From Lytechinus pictus (lineage: Eukaryota), in contig NC_087263.1 of assembly GCF_037042905.1 (NCBI RefSeq), positions 9,364,001-9,428,000 of the forward strand: a stretch of 64,000 bases of DNA. Reading direction: 5' to 3'. This document shows, piece by piece, positions 55,501 to 61,500 of this stretch (position 1 is the first letter of the stretch; each line of letters begins with the position of its first letter). The translations under genes and the position numbers were made by a program. The notes beneath the pieces were generated by a model that had not been told where the DNA came from, made no database searches, and saw nothing but the letters and a program-made list of their open reading frames with translations.

Positions 55501-58500
55501 TGAGGCAAGATATACCATGCCTTCAACATTACTCATCATTTTAGTTCCGTTGTTGCACTCAACTTCAAACTCATCTACAACACCTCCAGGAAACTCCCAT
55601 GTTGCACTCACAGACGTTGTGGTAGAGTTACCGCCAACTAAGTTGACGCTTAGGGGTACTAGAAGAGGATATTGTATGGAGATAGTTTGACTGTCAGTTA
55701 TTGTGAGGAATTGATGAGATGGTTTTTTACACTAAAAATGAAAATTCAATGTGGTTATGAATTGATTCAAATTAGCACTATGCATATTTAGGAGAATAAT
55801 TTTGGGGACAATTCTATTATTTTTAATGATTGCTGAGTATGATTATAATAAGAAAGAAAAAGCTATTGTTTGAAAAGCAATCTTTGTTCTTCCTCAATAA
55901 AATCAACATACATTGTATGATATGAGTAATTCATAATGTTATTCCAAGGTATTAGTAACAGAATGTGGAATATTGTAGACAAAATTAAGTTGTCCCTTTT
56001 TCTTATACTTTTGTGGTCTAACAATCATGATTTATAACAAGATAGAGAAAAAAACAACAATTGGTTTATGTGTAAAAATGATTTTGAACTACTGTTGGAT
56101 GAATATGGAGAGAACAGATGAGTTTAGGATGACTGATGTATTCAGTAATCATAGAAGAGTTTTCTCCTTGGATCACTTACAAGCTGTGAGTACGATGCTT
56201 GCCGAGTTTCTCTGTCCATTGCTAACACTTGTAACAATCAAGGTGTAATTATCTCCTGGTGTATCAAGTTCTTCACAGGAGGCAAGATATACCATGCCTT
56301 CAACATTACTCATCATTTTAGTTCCATTGTTGCACTCAACTTCAAACTCATCTACAAAACCTCCAGGAAACTCCCATGTTGCACTCACAGACGTTGTAGT
56401 AGAGTTACCGGCAACTAAGTTGACGCTTAGGGGTACTAGAAGTAGATATTGTATGGAGATAGTTTGATTGTCAGTTATTGTGAGGAATTGATGAGATGGT
56501 TTTTTACACTAAGAATGAAAATTTAATGTGGTAATGAATTGATTGAAATTAGCACTATGTATATTTAGGAGAGTAATTTTGGGGACAATTCTATTTTTTT
56601 AATGTTTGCTGAGTATGATTATAATAAGAAAGAAAAAGCTATTGTTTGAAAAGCAATCTTTGTTCTTCCTCAATAAAATCAACATACATTGTATGATATG
56701 AGTAATTCATAATGTTATTCCAAGGTATTAGTAACAGAATGTGGAATATTGTAGACAAAATTAAGTTGTCCCTTTTTCTTATACTTTTGTGGTCTAACAA
56801 TCAAGATTTATAACAAGATAGAGAAAAAAAAAACAATTGGTTTACGTGTAAAAATGATTTTGAACTACTGTTGGATGAATATGGAGATGTATGATAGTGA
56901 ACAAATGAGCTTAGGATGAGCGATATCTCCAGTAATCATAGCAAAGGTTTCTCCTTCGATCACTTACAAGCTGTGAGTACGATGCTCGCTGAGTTTCTCC
57001 GTCCGTTGCTAACACTCGTAACAATCATGGTGTAATTATCTCCTGGTGTATCGAGTTCTTCACATGAGGCAAGATATCCCATGCCTTCAACACTACTCAT
57101 CATTTTAGTTCCATTGTTGCACTCAACTTCAAACTCATCTACAACACCTCCAGGAAACTCCCATGTTGCACTCACAGATGTTGTGGTAGAGTTACCGGCA
57201 ACTAAGTTGACGCTTAGGGGTACTAGAAGTGGATATTGTATAGAGATAGTTTGACTGTTGGGTTATTGTGAATAATTGATGAGATGGTTTTTAAAACTAA
57301 GAATGAAAATTGAATGTGGTTATGAATTGATTGAAATTAGCATAATGTATATTTAGGAGAATAATTTTTGGGACAATTCTATCATTTTTTTAATGATTGC
57401 TGAGTATGATTGTAATAAGAAAGAAAGAGTTATTGATTGAAAAGCAATCTTTGTTCTTCATCAATAAAAATCAACATACATTTTATGATATGAGTAATTC
57501 ATAATGTTATTCCAAGATATTAGTAACAGAATGTGGAATATTGTAGACACAATTAAGTTGTCTCTTTTTCTTATACTTTTGTGGTCTAACAATAGAGATT
57601 TATAACAAGATAGAGAAAAAACAATTGGTTTATGTGTAAAAATGATTTTGAACTACTGTTGGATGAATATGTAGATGTATGTCTTCAGTAATCATAGCAA
57701 AGTTTTCTCCTTGGATCACTTACAAGCTGTGAGTACGATGCTTGCTGAGTTTCTCTGTCCATTGCTAACACTTGTAACAATCATGGTGTAATTATCTCCT
57801 GGTGTATCAAGTTCTTCACATGAGGCAAGATACCCCATGCCTCCAACAGTACTCATCATTTTAGTTCCATTGTTGCACTCAACTTTAAACTCATCTACAA
57901 CACCTCCAGGAAACTCCCATGTTGCACTCACAGACGTTGTGGTAGAGTTACCGGCAACTAAGTTGACACTTAGGGGTACTAGAAGAGGATATTGTAATGG
58001 AGATATTCTTATGGCAATTAGATGTCATTACCAATGAATGGTACTGTAAAAGTAATTCCTACTTTTGTTGATAATAAAGAAAACTGTGGTAGATCTACAT
58101 GTCTGTGAATTTAACTAGACTGGAGAAGAAATATTTGTGTGCTTTTTTAAAATGTTAACTAGATTACAATAAAAACATATTGTGAGAATGTGGTATCAAA
58201 TCATTTTGAAGATAGGTCCCGAAAAAGTTAAATACTAGATGGGCATACTTCATTACATTAGCAAACCTTGATACACATTCTGGGTTCTGTCTCCTAAGAG
58301 GGTACAAATAGTTATAAATGGGACACAATCAGAGCCATTGCTTATTAGAATAATCCATAAAACTTTGGTAATGTTTGATGTTTTGATCACTTACACGCAG
58401 TCAAGACAATGCTTGCAGAATTTTCTTTCCCGCTGCTGACACTCGTGACAACCATGGTATAGTTATCACCGGGACTCCAGACACTGTCGCATCTAACCAG

Positions 58501-61500
58501 ATACATGTAGCTCTCTTCAAGATCAGTTTCACCAACAAACACTGTCGCATTACTCTCTGTACCATTGCTGCAGTCAACCTCAAAGACATCCACTAACCCA
58601 CCAGGGTAGGGCCACATGGCACTGACAGAAGACGTCAAAGAATCTCCGGCAGACAGGTTTACGCTAAGGGGCACTAAATTGCAATTGAATGTACATTTAT
58701 ATTTACATACTTGTGGAACCTGGTAAAATACATTGACATTAAAACCCCTGCTTATCAAAATAGACTGGTTAGAAGTTTAAAAAGAGAATTGTGTCATCAA
58801 AGGTATTGGACAATCTGCAGATGTAGGGCCACATGGCATCGACAGATGTCCTCAAGGACATTCCTGTAGTGAAGTTTACACCAAGACATACTGCATCTGC
58901 TCGGCACTGCATCTGCTTGGGATATATTTACATGTACTATGATATTACATGCACACAGTCAACCCTACTTCAAAAAGGAAGACTGTCGTTGAGAATATCA
59001 TCTACGGTAGTCAGAGACATCCATCCATCACCCTGGGACCAAAGGGTAGGGCCACAAGGCACTTGCATAGGTCATCAAGGATATACCTGCATTGAGATTT
59101 ACACTGTATGACTGAGAGAAACTTAGTAATTATGCCAAGCACTCAAGGGAAAATAAACTACATGTACATACTTGCTTAATAATAAAAGCAAAATGGCTTA
59201 ACAATAAAATCAAAATGGTCACATTTGGTAGAATGAGAGGGGAGGGGGAGCGAAAAATATCATTAGCATCTGCACATGCAGTCATGTTCACATTTGAAGC
59301 AAACAACACAATTTGTACAAGCATGCCATTTTCATTTCAATCAACATACTGTATAAAAAAAAGTGCCAGTGTCAAGAATATTGAAAATTAAAAAAGCAAA
59401 AAAAAAAAGGAAAGAAAACAGAGCATGTGTAAATGCGTTTTATGATAATCTTTCAAGCCAGTGAAAAACAGCATACACATAAAATACAGACAAGCACATA
59501 TATGCAAAAAATATGAATATTGATTCTTTGGCCTTTCAATGTACTTGTAATGAAGTTATTTTTTTTATAAAGCATTTGCATTAAAAAAAAAACGGATCCC
59601 TAAAGACAAATTGGCAACATGAAATTGCATATATGATGCAGGTATGAACCCCTATTCAGAGTTCAGAGGCCACGCTTACACATATCTCCACATGCTACAT
59701 TGTACAGTGTATATTGAAAAGCAAAAATTTTCATATACATGTAATTCGATGCACTCATCTTTTTTCAAGAATGTTGATAACAATGAGCTTGGTTACCCAT
59801 TAGAATTATGGCATTTTCTGGCCATTATGACTTAATTCAAATCTCGCGCCCTCCCTCGGTAATGTTTTCATTCTTAATATATATACAGGTGTATATCATT
59901 CTTAGTATTGTATTCTTTAAAATAACTGTTTAAGCAAGTAACATATTTAGTAATTGAAAATTAGACAAAGATTATATCTTGACATTTTTGGCCCATTCGA
60001 CTCATGACAAGGTGTTTTACAACAAGTGGAGCGCCTCTGACAGTCTCACCTGCATCATGCGATTCAATAGAACAGCAGTGCTGACTTTGAAAACTACTAT
60101 AAAAAATCTATTCACAAAAAACACCATTCATATAATGATACAATACTACGTTCATTGATAATAAATGACATTTGACCTTGATCATGTGACCCAAGACTTG
60201 TCAGTGAAACTTGATTACCCCTATATCCACATTTTATAAACTATATCTACAAACTCTGAAAGTTATGACAGCAATCTAATAATTACCTCCAAAATGACCT
60301 TAAATGACCATTGACTTTGGTCCTGTGACCTGAAACTCGCATGAGAAGTTCAATGATACTTGATTACTCTTATGACCAAGATTATTCAACAAATACCCCC
60401 AACATGGCCAAAGTTCATTGGCCTTGAATGACCTTTGACCTTGAACATGTGACCTGAAACTCGCACAGGATCTTCAGTGATACTTAATTACTCTTTTGTC
60501 CAAGTTTCATGAATCAGATCCATAGACTTTTAAAGTTATGATGGTAATTCAACAAATACCCTCAACTTGGCCAAAGTTCATTGACCCTAAATTACCTTTG
60601 ACCTTGGTCATGTGACTTGAAACTCAGGCAGGATGTTCAGTAATACTTGATTAACCTTATGCAGACCTGCCAACCTCTGGGAATAAAAAATTGTATTCTG
60701 TGATAAAAAAAAAAAAATTTCCCCAAAAAACTGTATTTCATAATAAAATGTGTGGTGCGCGCACTCATCGCCGCGCTCAAGCTGCATGCAAGCTAAAATG
60801 CGCACTGCTCTTGCAGATGAAAAAAAAACATTGAAACATGTGTATATCTCACCCTGGTTTTAACAAAATGATTTTTTGTTACAAAATTGTATTTTTTAAA
60901 GAAACAAGTGGAACGTCTCTGGCAGTCTCGTCTGCATTACGCAATGCAATATAGCAGCAGTGCTTCCTTTGAAAATGGCTAATGAATATTACAGTGTATT
61001 CACAGAAGAAAACACTAATATGATAATAAAATATTATGCCCATTGACCCAAAATGACCTTTGACCATGATCATGTGACGTAAGACATGTGCAAAACAATC
61101 ATTCATACTTGATTATCCTTAAAAATGTCGATGTTTTATGAGCTAGATCCATAAACTTCCTTAGTTATAATGCCAATTCAACACGTACTCCCAACACGGC
61201 CAGAGTTCATTGACCTTTAAATGACCTTTGATCTTGGCCATGTTCCTGAAATGCATACAGGGTATTCAGGGATACACTGCTGCTCTTATGTCCAAGTTTC
61301 ATGAACTACCGTAGATCCATAGATTTTTAAAAGTTATGATGACGATTCCACAAATAACCCCAACATTACCAAAGTTTGTTGACCCTAAATGACCTTGGTC
61401 ATGTGACCTGAAACTCGCACAGGACGTTCAAGGATACTTGATTGCTTTCATGTCCACGTTTCATGAACTAGATCCATAAAAGTTCAAAGTTATGATGAAA

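Larger units (their letters stand above)
46696..57990. repeat. Tandem exon+intron array, 14 units, period 756-830 bp (two units lengthened to ~1150 bp)
   Basis: Exons and introns align by eye across units. Confidence 0.97.

Noticed and set aside
46682..57931. Fourteen 71-73 aa ORFs as a cluster of independent small genes
   Set aside because: They begin at an internal GTG, extend upstream in frame to an AG acceptor, and their CK* ends are read-through of the GTAAGTGA donor. They are exons.
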